Part shown: positions 18,337 through 27,551 of the stretch, piece by piece | How positions within the stretch are numbered: the stretch's first letter is position 1 | How the letters are laid out: every line of letters begins with the position of its first letter | From: Cereibacter sphaeroides 2.4.1 | GTDB lineage: Bacteria; Pseudomonadota; Alphaproteobacteria; Rhodobacterales; Rhodobacteraceae | Assembly: GCF_000012905.2 (NCBI RefSeq) | Contig: NC_007494.2 | Coordinates: 300,001 to 332,000, forward strand | DNA length: 32,000 nucleotides | Direction: 5' to 3' | Made by a program: the position numbers and the translations under genes | Notes under the pieces: generated by a model | What the model was told of the DNA's origin: nothing | What the model saw: only the letters and a program-made list of their open reading frames with translations | Database searches by the model: none

Positions 18337-19743
18337 ATGCAACCCTCGCATGGCCTTATGATGAACAGCCTCTCGAACTCGCTCGCCGCCGCAGACATAG
18401 CCCATTCGCTGCACCCCTATACCAACGCCCGCGCACACGAACGGAACGGACCCCTCATCATCACGCGCGGTCAGGGCGTGCATGTCTATGACAGCGAGGG
18501 GCGGGAATATATCGAGGGTCTGGCAGGGCTCTGGTCGGTGGCCGTGGGCTTCTCCGAGCCGCGTCTGGCCGAGGCTGCCGCGCGGCAGATGGCCGAGCTG
18601 CCCTATTATCACACCTTCGCCGGCAAGGCGCACGAGCCGCAGATCCGGCTGGCCGAGAAGCTGGTCGAGATGACGCCCGAGGCGCTGACGCGGGTGTTCT
18701 TCACCAACTCGGGCTCCGAGGCCAACGACACGGTGGTCAAGCTCGTCTGGTTCATGAACAACGCCCTCGGCCGGCCGCAGAAGAAGAAGTTCCTGTCGCG
18801 GATCAAGGGCTATCACGGCATCACCATCGCCTCGGGGTCGCTCACGGGGCTGCCCGTCAACCACAAGGGCTTCGATCTGCCCGCCATCCCGGTCGTGCAT
18901 CTGGGCTGCCCGCACCACTGGCGCTTCGGCGCCGAGGGCGAGAGCGAGGCCGAGTTCTGCGCCCGCCTCCTGCGCGAGGCCGAGGAGACGATCCTCGCCG
19001 AGGGGCCCGAGACCGTCGCCGCCTTCATCGGCGAGCCGGTCATGGGCGCGGGCGGGGTGATCGTGCCGCCGGACGGCTACTGGTCGGGGATCGAGGCGCT
19101 CTGCCGGAAATACGACATCCTTCTCGTCTCGGACGAGGTCATCAACGGCTTCGGCCGGACCGGCGCGCGCTGGGGATGCGAGAAGTTCGGCTTCACGCCC
19201 GACATCCTCGTGACCTCGAAGCAGCTCACCTCCTCCTATATGCCGCTCGCGGCGGTGCTGATGACCGACAAGGTCTATCAGACCATCGCCGACCATACGG
19301 AGACGCTGGGCACGCTCGGCCACGGCTTCACCGGTTCGGGCCATCCGGTCGCCACGGCGGTGGGGCTCGAGAACCTGACCGTCATCGAGGAGCGCGACCT
19401 GATGGGCAATGCGGCCCGTCTCGAGCGCCCGTTCCAGGACGGGCTGCGCGCGTTCCGGGACAATCCGCTGGTGGGCGAGGTGCGGGGCACGGGGCTCATC
19501 GCCGCGATCGAGATGGTGGCCGACCGGGCCACGAAGCGCAGCTTCGAGCCCTTGGGCAAGGTGGGGGCGCGCGCCGCGGCCTTCGCGGCCGAAGAAGGTC
19601 TCCTCTGCCGGGCGCTCGGCGACACGCTGGCGCTCTGCCCGCCGCTGATCGTGACCGAGGCCGACGTGGGCCGCATCCTCGAACGGATGGGCCGTGCGCT
19701 CGACCGGACGGCGGACTGGGCCCGGGCCGAGGGGCTGATCTGA
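18337..19743 (+). CDS. Class III (omega-amino acid/diamine:pyruvate type) PLP-dependent aminotransferase
   Basis: About 468 aa. GLWSVAVGF, FFTNSGSEANDT, DEVINGFGRTG and the PLP-lysine context DILVTSKQLTSSY. The start is uncertain: ATG 18337, or ATG 18358/18361. Confidence 0.9.
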   Translation: MQPSHGLMMNSLSNSLAAADIAHSLHPYTNARAHERNGPLIITRGQGVHVYDSEGREYIEGLAGLWSVAVGFSEPRLAEAAARQMAELPYYHTFAGKAHEPQIRLAEKLVEMTPEALTRVFFTNSGSEANDTVVKLVWFMNNALGRPQKKKFLSRIKGYHGITIASGSLTGLPVNHKGFDLPAIPVVHLGCPHHWRFGAEGESEAEFCARLLREAEETILAEGPETVAAFIGEPVMGAGGVIVPPDGYWSGIEALCRKYDILLVSDEVINGFGRTGARWGCEKFGFTPDILVTSKQLTSSYMPLAAVLMTDKVYQTIADHTETLGTLGHGFTGSGHPVATAVGLENLTVIEERDLMGNAARLERPFQDGLRAFRDNPLVGEVRGTGLIAAIEMVADRATKRSFEPLGKVGARAAAFAAEEGLLCRALGDTLALCPPLIVTEADVGRILERMGRALDRTADWARAEGLI

Positions 19744-19746
19744 GAC

Positions 19747-20178
19747 ATGGCGGCCCGTCCCGCACCGGGAGGCCGGGCCGATTACCGGATCTTCCGCGAG
19801 CACAGCACGCGCTGGATGGACAATGATGCCTACGGCCATTTGAACAATGTCGTTCATTATGCCCTGTTCGATGCGACTGTGAACGGCTGGCTGATCGAGG
19901 CGGGGCTCATCGGCCCCGCGCGGGCCCGGATCGGCCTCGTGGCCGAAACCGGATGCCGCTACCATTCCGAGATGGCCTATCCCGACCGGATCGCGGCGGG
20001 GCTCAGGGTCGCGCATCTCGGCACCTCCTCCGTGCGCTACGAACTCGGGCTCTTCCGCAACGAGGCCGAGCTGGCCTCAGCGGAAGGGTTCTTCGTCCAT
20101 GTCTATGTGGATCGAGCGACCCGCAGGCCCGCGCCGCTGCCGCCGGATCTGCGGGCGGCCCTCGAAACTCTCCGCTAG
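19747..20178 (+). CDS. Hotdog-fold acyl-CoA thioesterase (4HBT/YbgC-like)
   Basis: 143 aa. The N-terminal RWMDNDAYGHLNNVVHY motif is typical of this family. It starts 3 nt after the aminotransferase stop. Confidence 0.8.
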   Translation: MAARPAPGGRADYRIFREHSTRWMDNDAYGHLNNVVHYALFDATVNGWLIEAGLIGPARARIGLVAETGCRYHSEMAYPDRIAAGLRVAHLGTSSVRYELGLFRNEAELASAEGFFVHVYVDRATRRPAPLPPDLRAALETLR

Positions 20179-20192
20179 AGCGCTCTCCTGCG

Positions 20193-20216
20193 CTTTCATT
20201 CTGGCAGAAATATCCC
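20193..20216 (-). repeat. 24-nt intergenic repeat, copy A (GGGATATTTCTGCCAGAATGAAAG on the minus strand)
   Basis: 23/24 identical to 27552-27575 read on the plus strand. Confidence 0.9.
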
Positions 20217-20359
20217 CGCCGGAGGCTCCGACAGAGGACCCGGGCGCAGGGGTCGGACCCGGAAGCGCCACGCCGGACGCGGGAACGGCCCGACGCGGCG
20301 CGCAGCGCCCGCCCATCCTGCAGGTGCGCGGGCTCCCCCGACCCGAGGGAGCCTCGCTG

Positions 20360-20899
20360 TCAGTGAACCGTGAGCGGCCCGTGCATCCCCCCCTCGTAAT
20401 GGCCGGGAATGAGGCAGGCGAATTCGTAGCGGCCCGGATCGCCGAAGGTCCAGAGGATCTCGCCGCTCTCGCCCGAGGTCAGCCGGAGCGCGTTGGCCTC
20501 CCGATGCCTCATGTCGGGCATCTCGGCCATCATGGCCTTGTGCTCCTCTATCTCGCCCGACGTGTCCATGACGAACTCGTGCTCCTGCTCGCCCGCGTTG
20601 CGGATCACGAGGCGCACCGTCTCGCCCGCGGCGAAGGACAGGTTCGCCGGCTCGAAGATCATGCGGCCATCCTCCGTCTCGCGCATCGTCACCGTCACGG
20701 CGCGCGCCTCTGCCGCAGCAGAGGCCGGCGCGCCGAGGGGCATCGCCGCTTTCGCGTCGTGCATGTGATCCATGGCGGACAGGCCGCCCTCGGGCTTACC
20801 CATTGCCCCCTGCGCGTGCCCGTGCGAGCCGTCCGCCTGTGCAGCGCCGGCCCCGAGGGCGGCGACCAGAGTCATCGTCAGAAGTTTCATCTCTTTCAT
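20360..20899 (-). CDS. Periplasmic cupredoxin-fold copper protein with His/Met-rich N-terminal region (CopI-like)
   Basis: Signal peptide, then DGSHGHAQGAMGKPEGGLSAMDHMHDAKAAM. Type-1 copper ligand pattern HEF ... C-LIPG-H-YEGG-M near the C-terminus. The start is ATG 20899, or ATG 20890. Confidence 0.8.
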   Translation of the reverse strand: MKEMKLLTMTLVAALGAGAAQADGSHGHAQGAMGKPEGGLSAMDHMHDAKAAMPLGAPASAAAEARAVTVTMRETEDGRMIFEPANLSFAAGETVRLVIRNAGEQEHEFVMDTSGEIEEHKAMMAEMPDMRHREANALRLTSGESGEILWTFGDPGRYEFACLIPGHYEGGMHGPLTVH

Positions 20900-20985
20900 C
20901 CCATGTCGGCATCGGCGCGCCGCAGCGGCCGGTTGAGGATCGGGCCGGGGCCGCTCCTGCGGCTCCGGACGGTGTCGCGGACGCG

Positions 20986-21417
20986 TCAGCTGCCCGAGAC
21001 CTGCCGCTGGTAATCGGCGGCGCGCTCGGGCCAGGTGCTCTTGATATAGTCCAGCACGGCCCGGATTTCCGCGTCGGTCAGGAGGTCGGCAAAACCCGGC
21101 ATGTCGCTCTCGTAGCCATTGCCGACGAGGGCTGCGGTGCCCTGCCGGACGATCGCGAGCAGTTGCGCATCCGGATGGTGCCAGGTGTGCCCCGAGGCAT
21201 CGTGGGGCGGGGCCGGATAGCGGCCGTTGGGCAGAGGCTCGCCCCAGTCGGGCTGCCCCTCGAGCTCTGCGCCATGGCAGGAGGCGCAGTTCGCCGCATA
21301 GACCTGCCGGCCGAGCGCGATGGTGTCGGCATCGGGTCCGGTCGGGGCCGCGTCCGGCAGAAGCAGCCAGAGCGCCGGGATGGCTGCAAGCGGGGCGGCG
21401 AGGAGAAGGCGCTTCAT
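20986..21417 (-). CDS. Monohaem class I c-type cytochrome, periplasmic
   Basis: 143 aa from ATG 21417, preceded by a GAGGAGG SD. Signal peptide, CASCH haem-binding motif and a distal Met candidate in SDMPGF. Confidence 0.85.
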   Translation of the reverse strand: MKRLLLAAPLAAIPALWLLLPDAAPTGPDADTIALGRQVYAANCASCHGAELEGQPDWGEPLPNGRYPAPPHDASGHTWHHPDAQLLAIVRQGTAALVGNGYESDMPGFADLLTDAEIRAVLDYIKSTWPERAADYQRQVSGS

Positions 21418-21575
21418 CTGCGCCTCCTCAAGCCGGAGGACACCCCGTGCGGTGGCAAGGCAGGGCAAAGGGCGGCACGGGGGCCGCTGTGGAAGAGGGT
21501 GGGCATCGGTTCAATCCCAACGGTCCGCCGACAAGGGCGGATGTCTTCAGACAGGCAGGCGCGGAGCCCGCCGGT

Positions 21576-21917
21576 TCAGACGCGGGACGACCCTCTGGGT
21601 GGCCTGTGCTCGGGCGGGGGCCGCCGCCCGGCGAGACGCTCGCTCCAGCCGGCGTGGTGCAGGCTGTCGCGGCGGTGCGCGAGAAGCTGAAGGGCCGCAG
21701 GCAGGACCACCGGCATGGTGGCACAGGCGGCGGCGCAATCCTTCAGGTTCTTGCCGGTCATTTCCGCGCAGGGCCCTGTCGAGGGCTCCATCTGCGCGAC
21801 ATGATGGTCCGTGTCCGCAGGCGTCGCCGAGGGGGCCGAGCGCAGAGCCGGCCCCGCCACGAAGGCAAGGGCGAGCAAGGCCGCAAGGCAGAACTCGAGG
21901 AGTCGGAAGCGGATCAT
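21576..21917 (-). CDS. Small exported or membrane-anchored Cys/His-containing protein, function unknown
   Basis: 113 aa from ATG 21917. Hydrophobic N-terminus MIRFRLLEFCLAALLALAFVAG. C-x10-C-x3-C motif (CAEMTGKNLKDCAAAC) and two HH pairs. Third codon positions are GC-rich. No clear SD. Confidence 0.45.
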   Translation of the reverse strand: MIRFRLLEFCLAALLALAFVAGPALRSAPSATPADTDHHVAQMEPSTGPCAEMTGKNLKDCAAACATMPVVLPAALQLLAHRRDSLHHAGWSERLAGRRPPPEHRPPRGSSRV

Positions 21918-22012
21918 GCGAAGAGGATATATCTCTCGTTCCGCGACAAACAGAGGTCTCACGAAAGCGTCAGGCTTGGGCAGGGCTGCAACACCTCCCC
22001 CCGGCAAGGAGC

Positions 22013-22050
22013 GCGGGGCCTCTGCCGAGCAGGAACGGCAGAGGCCCCGC
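22013..22050. other. Perfect 15-bp GC-rich hairpin in the cbbII upstream region
   Basis: GCGGGGCCTCTGCCG (22013-22027) / CGGCAGAGGCCCCGC (22036-22050), with loop AGCAGGAA. There is no U-tract on either strand. Confidence 0.8.
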
Positions 22051-22483
22051 CTCCGAGCCGCATGGACGGCCGGGCCCCCTGGAACCCGCTCAGGGCCATG
22101 ATCTTTTCGGCGAGGACCTTCCCGACCTGTTTCGGCCCGACGGGCTGCCGGGAGAGTCGGTCTCCGCCAGGCGGATCTTCCCTGCCTTGGGGTCGCTGCA
22201 AGCCCTCCACGCTGCCCCTTGGCCTCGTGTCCCCTGCGGCAAAGCGTCTTTCATCCCGGACGTTCTCCGAATGAAGTCGGAGGCGGGGGACCGGCCCTGC
22301 GCCAAACTCCGAATGGCTCCGGATCGGAGTCGTCGCTACGGAAAAGTTCTTAACCGATTGGCGGGACGCAAGAATGTTGTGCCGCCATCCTCGGAGCGGG
22401 GTGAGCGGACGGTCTCGACCAATGCCGGCGCCCCACTGTTCGACGCGCGGAGTGCAGAACATGGCCCTCTCCTGGCCGAGAGA

Positions 22484-22530
22484 TTAAAATTTTTAGAAGG
22501 CATCTTGGCTATTTTCAAATATTCATGAAC
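22484..22530 (+). promoter_or_regulatory. AT-rich patch upstream of cbbF; candidate cbbII promoter/CbbR operator
   Basis: It is the only strongly AT-rich stretch in the region, 45-90 nt before ATG 22575. It contains dyads TAAAA-T-TTTTA (22485-22495), AATATT (22518-22523) and TTCATGAA (22522-22529). Confidence 0.5.
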
Positions 22531-22574
22531 CGGATCCTGACGCAACGTCCGCCGCGACAGAGGCAGGAGGAGCC

Positions 22575-23570
22575 ATGGCCATCGAGCTGGAGGACCTGGG
22601 GCTGAGCCCCGATGTGGCGGACGTGATGCAGCGTCTGGCGCGCGTGGGGGCAGGCATCGCCCGCATCATCTCGCGCAACGGGCTCGAGCGCGATCTGGGC
22701 GCGGGCGTCGGCACCAATGCCGGAGGAGACGGGCAGAAGGCGCTCGACGTGATCGCGGACGACGCGTTCCGCGCGGCGCTCGAAGGCTCTGCGGTGGCTT
22801 ATTACGCCTCCGAGGAGCAGGACGAAGTGGTGACGCTGGGCGAGGGAAGCCTCGCGCTCGCCATCGACCCGCTGGACGGCTCGTCCAACATCGATGTGAA
22901 CGTGTCGATCGGGACGATCTTCTCGATCTTCCCGGCGGCGGCTGGCCCCGAGGCCAGCTTCCTGCGCCCGGGCACCGAGCAGATTGCCGGCGGCTACATC
23001 ATCTACGGGCCGCAATGCGCGCTGGTCTGCAGCTTCGGGCAGGGCGTGCAGCACTGGGTGCTCGACCTCGATGCGGGCATCTTCCGGCGGATGCCCGACA
23101 TCCGCCCGCTGCCGGCCGAGACGTCCGAGTTTGCGATCAACGCCTCGAACTACCGCCACTGGCCGCAGCCGATCCGCGCCTTCGTCGACGATCTGGTCGC
23201 CGGGGCCGAGGGGCCGCGCGGCAAGAACTTCAACATGCGCTGGATCGCCTCGCTGGTGGCCGAGACGCACCGCATCCTGATGCGGGGCGGGGTGTTTCTC
23301 TATCCCGGCGACGAGCGCAAGGGCTACGAGCGGGGCCGGCTGCGCCATGTCTACGAATGCGCGCCCATCGCCTTCCTGATCGCGAATGTCGGGGGGGGCG
23401 CCACCGACGGCTGCGCCGACATCCTGACCGCGCTGCCCGACCGGCTGCACGCCCGCACCCCCTTCGTCTTCGGCTGCGCGAGCAAGGTCGCCCGCGTCGC
23501 CGCCTATCACGATCTGGCCTGCGAAGAGACGTCCGCTCTCTTCGGCAGCCGGGGCCTGTTCCGGAGTTAA
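22575..23570 (+). CDS. cbbF: Fructose-1,6-/sedoheptulose-1,7-bisphosphatase, class 1 (Calvin cycle, form II operon)
   Basis: 331 aa. [10 protein letters not shown] metal-binding motif. GGAGG SD at 22566-22570. First gene of the cbbFPTGAM order. Confidence 0.95.
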   Translation: MAIELEDLGLSPDVADVMQRLARVGAGIARIISRNGLERDLGAGVGTNAGGDGQKALDVIADDAFRAALEGSAVAYYASEEQDEVVTLGEGSLALAIDPLDGSSNIDVNVSIGTIFSIFPAAAGPEASFLRPGTEQIAGGYIIYGPQCALVCSFGQGVQHWVLDLDAGIFRRMPDIRPLPAETSEFAINASNYRHWPQPIRAFVDDLVAGAEGPRGKNFNMRWIASLVAETHRILMRGGVFLYPGDERKGYERGRLRHVYECAPIAFLIANVGGGATDGCADILTALPDRLHARTPFVFGCASKVARVAAYHDLACEETSALFGSRGLFRS

Positions 23571-23573
23571 AGA

Positions 23574-24452
23574 GTGTCGAAGAAATATCCCATCATTTCC
23601 GTGGTCGGCTCGTCCGGCGCGGGCACCTCGACGGTCAAGAACACGTTCGAGCAGATCTTCCGCCGCGAGGGGGTCAAGTCCGTCTCGATCGAGGGCGACG
23701 CCTTCCACCGCTTCAACCGGGCCGACATGAAGGCCGAACTCGAGCGGCGCTATGCGGCGGGCGATGCGACCTTCTCGCATTTCTCCTACGAGGCGAACGA
23801 ACTGAAGGAGCTGGAGCGCGTCTTCCGCGAATATGGCGAGACGGGGCGCGGCCGCACCCGCACCTATGTCCATGACGATGCCGAAGCCGCCCGGACGGGC
23901 GTGGCCCCCGGCAATTTCACCCAATGGGCGCCGTTCGAGGACAACAGCGACCTGCTTTTCTACGAGGGGCTGCACGGCTGCGTGGTCAATGACGAGGTGA
24001 ACCTCGTCCGCCATGCCGATCTGAAGCTCGGCGTGGTGCCGGTCATCAACCTTGAATGGATCCAGAAGATCCACCGCGACCGGGCGCAGCGCGGCTATAC
24101 GACCGAAGCCGTCACCGACGTGATCCTGCGCCGGATGTATGCCTACGTCCACTGTATCGTCCCGCAATTCTCCGAGACGGACATCAACTTCCAGCGCGTG
24201 CCGGTGGTGGACACCTCGAACCCGTTCATCGCGCGCTGGATCCCCACGCCGGACGAGAGCCTGATCGTGATCCGGTTCAAGAACCCGCGCGGGATCGACT
24301 TCCCCTATCTCACCTCGATGATCGCGGGCTCGTGGATGAGCCGGGCGAATTCCATCGTGGTGCCGGGCAACAAGCAGGATCTGGCGATGCAGCTGATCCT
24401 GACGCCGCTCATCGAGCGGATGGTGCGCGAGGCGCGCCGCGCGCGGGCCTGA
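23574..24452 (+). CDS. cbbP: Phosphoribulokinase
   Basis: 292 aa. GTG start 3 nt after the cbbF stop, with a GGAG SD 7 nt upstream. P-loop [11 protein letters not shown] and bacterial PRK sequence throughout. Confidence 0.95.
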   Translation: MSKKYPIISVVGSSGAGTSTVKNTFEQIFRREGVKSVSIEGDAFHRFNRADMKAELERRYAAGDATFSHFSYEANELKELERVFREYGETGRGRTRTYVHDDAEAARTGVAPGNFTQWAPFEDNSDLLFYEGLHGCVVNDEVNLVRHADLKLGVVPVINLEWIQKIHRDRAQRGYTTEAVTDVILRRMYAYVHCIVPQFSETDINFQRVPVVDTSNPFIARWIPTPDESLIVIRFKNPRGIDFPYLTSMIAGSWMSRANSIVVPGNKQDLAMQLILTPLIERMVREARRARA

Positions 24453-24475
24453 GGCGCGACAGACAGACGGAGAGG

Positions 24476-24499
24476 GGGCCGCGGATCGAGCCGCGGCCC
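24476..24499 (+). other. Intercistronic hairpin between cbbP and cbbT
   Basis: GGGCCGCGG (24476-24484) / CCGCGGCCC (24491-24499), a perfect 9-bp stem with loop ATCGAG and no U-tract. Confidence 0.7.
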
Positions 24500-24532
24500 G
24501 GCAACCGGGACGCACAGCGAAGGATGAGAGCC

Positions 24533-26506
24533 ATGAAGGACATTGGAGCCGCGCAGGAGACGCGGATGGCGAACGCCATCCGGGCCCTCGCGATGGATGC
24601 GGTGGAGAAGGCCAAGTCGGGCCATCCCGGGATGCCGATGGGGATGGCGGACGTGGCGACCGTCCTCTTCAACCGCTTTCTCACGGTCGATCCTTCGGCG
24701 CCCAAATGGCCCGACCGCGACCGGTTCGTGCTGTCGGCGGGGCATGGCTCGATGCTGCTCTATGCCATCCATCATCTGCTGGGCTATGCCGATATGGACA
24801 TGGATCAGATCCGGTCCTTCCGCCAGCTCGGCGCGCGGACGGCGGGCCACCCGGAATACGGCCATGCCGAGGGGATCGAGGTCACGACCGGGCCGCTCGG
24901 TCAGGGGATCGCGACCGCGGTGGGCATGGCGCTGGCCGAGCGCATGAAGAACGCGCGCTATGGCGATGATCTGGTGGACCATTTCACCTATGTCATCGCG
25001 GGTGACGGCTGCCTGATGGAGGGCATCTCGCACGAGGCCATCGACATGGCGGGTCATCTGGGCCTCGGCCGGCTGATCGTGCTGTGGGACGACAACCGCA
25101 TCACCATCGACGGCGACACGGGCATCTCGACCTCGACCGACCAGAAGGCGCGGTTCGCCGCCTCGGGCTGGCATGTGCTGGCCTGCGACGGTCATGCGCC
25201 CGAGGAGATCGCCGCCGCCATCGAGGCCGCACGGCGCGACCCCCGGCCCTCGATGATCGCCTGCCGCACGGTGATCGGCTACGGCGCGCCGAACAAGCAG
25301 GGCGGCCACGATGTCCATGGCGCGCCGCTGGGCGCGGCCGAGATCGCGGCGGCGCGCGAGCGGCTCGGCTGGGACCATCCGCCCTTCGAGATCCCCGCGG
25401 ATCTCTACGAGGCCTGGGGCCGGATCGCCGCCCGCGGCGCCGACGCCCGCGCGGCCTGGGAAACACGCCTTCAGGCGAGCCCCCTCCGCGCCGCCTTCGA
25501 GACGGCGGAGGCGGCCGACACCTCGGCGCTGCCGCCGGCCATCGCGGCCTACAAGGCGCGGCTCTCGGCCGAGGCGCCCAAGGTCGCGACCCGCAAGGCC
25601 TCGGAAATGGCGCTGGGTGTGGTCAACGAGGCGCTGCCCTTCGCGGTCGGCGGCTCGGCCGACCTGACGGGCTCGAACCTGACCCGCTCGAAGGGCATGG
25701 TCTCGGTCGCGCCGGGCGCCTTCGCGGGCAGCTATATCCATTACGGCATCCGCGAGCACGGCATGGCCGCCGCGATGAACGGGATCGCGCTGCATGGCGG
25801 CCTGCGCCCCTACGGCGGCACCTTCATGGCCTTCGCCGACTATTGCCGGCCCTCGATCCGGCTCTCGGCGCTGATGGGCGTGCCGGTGACCTATGTCATG
25901 ACGCACGATTCCATCGGGCTCGGCGAGGATGGGCCCACGCACCAGCCGGTCGAGCATCTGGCGAGCCTGCGGGCGATCCCGAACCTTGCGGTGATCCGGC
26001 CTGCGGATGCGGTCGAGACCGCCGAGGCCTGGGAGATCGCCATGACGGCGACATCCACGCCCACGCTTCTGGTGCTGTCGCGCCAGAACCTGCCCACGGT
26101 GCGGACCGAACATCGGGACGAGAACCTGACCGCGCGCGGCGCCTATCTCCTGCGGGATCCGGGCGAGCGACAGGTGACGCTGATCGCGACCGGCTCGGAG
26201 CTGGAGCTGGCGCTGGCCGCGGCGGATCTTCTGGCCGCGGAAGGCATCGCCGCCGCCGTGGTCTCGGCGCCCTGCTTCGAGCTCTTCGCCGCGCAGCCGG
26301 CGGACTACCGGGCGACGGTTCTGGGACGGGCCCCGCGTGTGGGATGCGAGGCGGCGCTGCGGCAGGGGTGGGATCTCTTCCTCGGACCGCAGGACGGGTT
26401 CGTGGGCATGACGGGCTTCGGCGCTTCGGCGCCCGCGCCCGCACTCTATCAACATTTCAACATCACCGCTGAAGCCATTGTCAAATCGGCAAAAGAACGG
26501 ATCTGA
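24533..26506 (+). CDS. cbbT: Transketolase
   Basis: 657 aa from ATG 24533 (AGGA SD 8 nt upstream; the in-frame ATG 24524 has no spacing for an SD). Motifs GHPG and [13 protein letters not shown] (ThDP binding). Confidence 0.95.
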   Translation: MKDIGAAQETRMANAIRALAMDAVEKAKSGHPGMPMGMADVATVLFNRFLTVDPSAPKWPDRDRFVLSAGHGSMLLYAIHHLLGYADMDMDQIRSFRQLGARTAGHPEYGHAEGIEVTTGPLGQGIATAVGMALAERMKNARYGDDLVDHFTYVIAGDGCLMEGISHEAIDMAGHLGLGRLIVLWDDNRITIDGDTGISTSTDQKARFAASGWHVLACDGHAPEEIAAAIEAARRDPRPSMIACRTVIGYGAPNKQGGHDVHGAPLGAAEIAAARERLGWDHPPFEIPADLYEAWGRIAARGADARAAWETRLQASPLRAAFETAEAADTSALPPAIAAYKARLSAEAPKVATRKASEMALGVVNEALPFAVGGSADLTGSNLTRSKGMVSVAPGAFAGSYIHYGIREHGMAAAMNGIALHGGLRPYGGTFMAFADYCRPSIRLSALMGVPVTYVMTHDSIGLGEDGPTHQPVEHLASLRAIPNLAVIRPADAVETAEAWEIAMTATSTPTLLVLSRQNLPTVRTEHRDENLTARGAYLLRDPGERQVTLIATGSELELALAAADLLAAEGIAAAVVSAPCFELFAAQPADYRATVLGRAPRVGCEAALRQGWDLFLGPQDGFVGMTGFGASAPAPALYQHFNITAEAIVKSAKERI

Positions 26507-26516
26507 GGGAAGAAGG

Positions 26517-27518
26517 ATGACAATCAGGGTTGCCATCAACGGCTTCGGCCGTATCGGCCGCAACGTGCTGCGGGCCATCGTGGAGTCGGGGCGCACCGAT
26601 ATCGAGGTGGTCGCGATCAACGATCTGGGTCAGGTCGAGACCAACGCGCATCTTCTGCGCTTCGACAGCGTGCACGGCCGCTTCCCGGCCAAGGTCACCA
26701 GCGGAGACGACTGGATCGATGTGGGCCGCGGCCCGATCAAGGTGACGGCGATCCGCAATCCGGCGGAGCTGCCCTGGGCGGGTGTCGACATGGCGATGGA
26801 ATGCACGGGCATCTTCACCACCAAGGAGAAGGCCGCGGCCCATCTGCAGAACGGGGCGAAGCGGGTGCTCGTCTCGGCGCCCTGCGACGGGGCCGACCGG
26901 ACCATCGTCTATGGGGTGAACCATGCGACGCTCACCGCGGACGACCTCGTGGTCTCGAATGCCTCCTGCACCACCAACTGCCTCTCGCCGGTGGCCAAGG
27001 TGCTTCACGATGCGATCGGCATCGCCAAGGGCTTCATGACCACGATCCACAGCTATACGGGCGACCAGCCCACGCTCGACACGATGCACAAGGATCTCTA
27101 CCGCGCCCGCGCCGCGGCGCTGAGCATGATCCCCACCTCGACGGGAGCGGCGAAGGCGGTGGGCCTCGTGCTGCCCGAGCTCAAGGGCCGGCTCGACGGC
27201 GTGTCGATCCGGGTGCCCACGCCCAATGTCTCGGTGGTGGATCTGGTGTTCGAGGCCGCCCGCGACACGACGGTGGAGGAGGTGAATGCGGCCATCGAGG
27301 CCGCCGCCTGCGGACCGTTGAAGGGCGTGCTGGGCTTCACGACCGAGCCCAACGTCTCGTCCGACTTCAACCACGACCCGCATTCGTCGGTGTTCCACAT
27401 GGACCAGACCAAGGTGATGGAGGGCCGCATGGTCCGCATCCTCAGCTGGTACGACAACGAATGGGGCTTCTCGAACCGGATGGCCGACACCGCCGTGGCG
27501 ATGGGCCGGCTTCTCTGA
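26517..27518 (+). CDS. cbbG: Glyceraldehyde-3-phosphate dehydrogenase
   Basis: 333 aa from ATG 26517. INGFGRIGR Rossmann motif and catalytic [10 protein letters not shown]. Confidence 0.95.
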   Translation: MTIRVAINGFGRIGRNVLRAIVESGRTDIEVVAINDLGQVETNAHLLRFDSVHGRFPAKVTSGDDWIDVGRGPIKVTAIRNPAELPWAGVDMAMECTGIFTTKEKAAAHLQNGAKRVLVSAPCDGADRTIVYGVNHATLTADDLVVSNASCTTNCLSPVAKVLHDAIGIAKGFMTTIHSYTGDQPTLDTMHKDLYRARAAALSMIPTSTGAAKAVGLVLPELKGRLDGVSIRVPTPNVSVVDLVFEAARDTTVEEVNAAIEAAACGPLKGVLGFTTEPNVSSDFNHDPHSSVFHMDQTKVMEGRMVRILSWYDNEWGFSNRMADTAVAMGRLL

Positions 27519-27523
27519 CCAAG

Positions 27524-27544
27524 CCGGGGGGCGCTGCCCCCCGG
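27524..27544 (+). other. Intercistronic hairpin directly after cbbG
   Basis: CCGGGGGGC (27524-27532) / GCCCCCCGG (27536-27544), a 9-bp stem with a 3-nt loop (or 8 bp with a 5-nt loop), 5 nt after the stop codon. Confidence 0.7.
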
Positions 27545-27551
27545 ACCCCCC

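Noticed and set aside
20077-20316. Small ORFs cross the two 24-nt repeat copies and both translate to ...ISARMK...
   Set aside because: The shared peptide simply reflects the shared DNA. The frames continue into unrelated Arg-rich sequence or into the cbbA gene out of frame.
21508-21517. GGTTCAATCC resembles a tRNA T-loop.
   Set aside because: The flanking bases give only a 2-bp T-stem, and I could not build an acceptor or anticodon arm. It is not a tRNA.
22116-22183. ACCTTCCC and ATCTTCCC look superficially like CueR/MerR-type copper operator half-sites upstream of the cupredoxin module.
   Set aside because: They are direct repeats 60 nt apart, not an inverted pair. There is no matching GGAAGGT half and no -35/-10 frame.
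21959-22462. A 167-aa minus-strand ORF, plus the smaller ORFs 22090..22305(-), 22336..22545(-) and 21447..22274(+), lie in the cbbII upstream spacer.
   Set aside because: I saw no SD, no hydrophobic or domain-like pattern and no coding-like third-position bias. I treat the region as regulatory, non-coding DNA.
24524-26516. Upstream in-frame starts exist for cbbT (ATG 24524) and cbbG (TTG 26478). The long tracked N-terminal extensions of dap, the ATPases, amiR, the amidase and the cytochrome fall in the same category.
   Set aside because: The SD spacing and the start/stop overlaps favour the shorter forms. The extensions are Arg/Pro-rich, overlap upstream genes, and exceed the typical family lengths.
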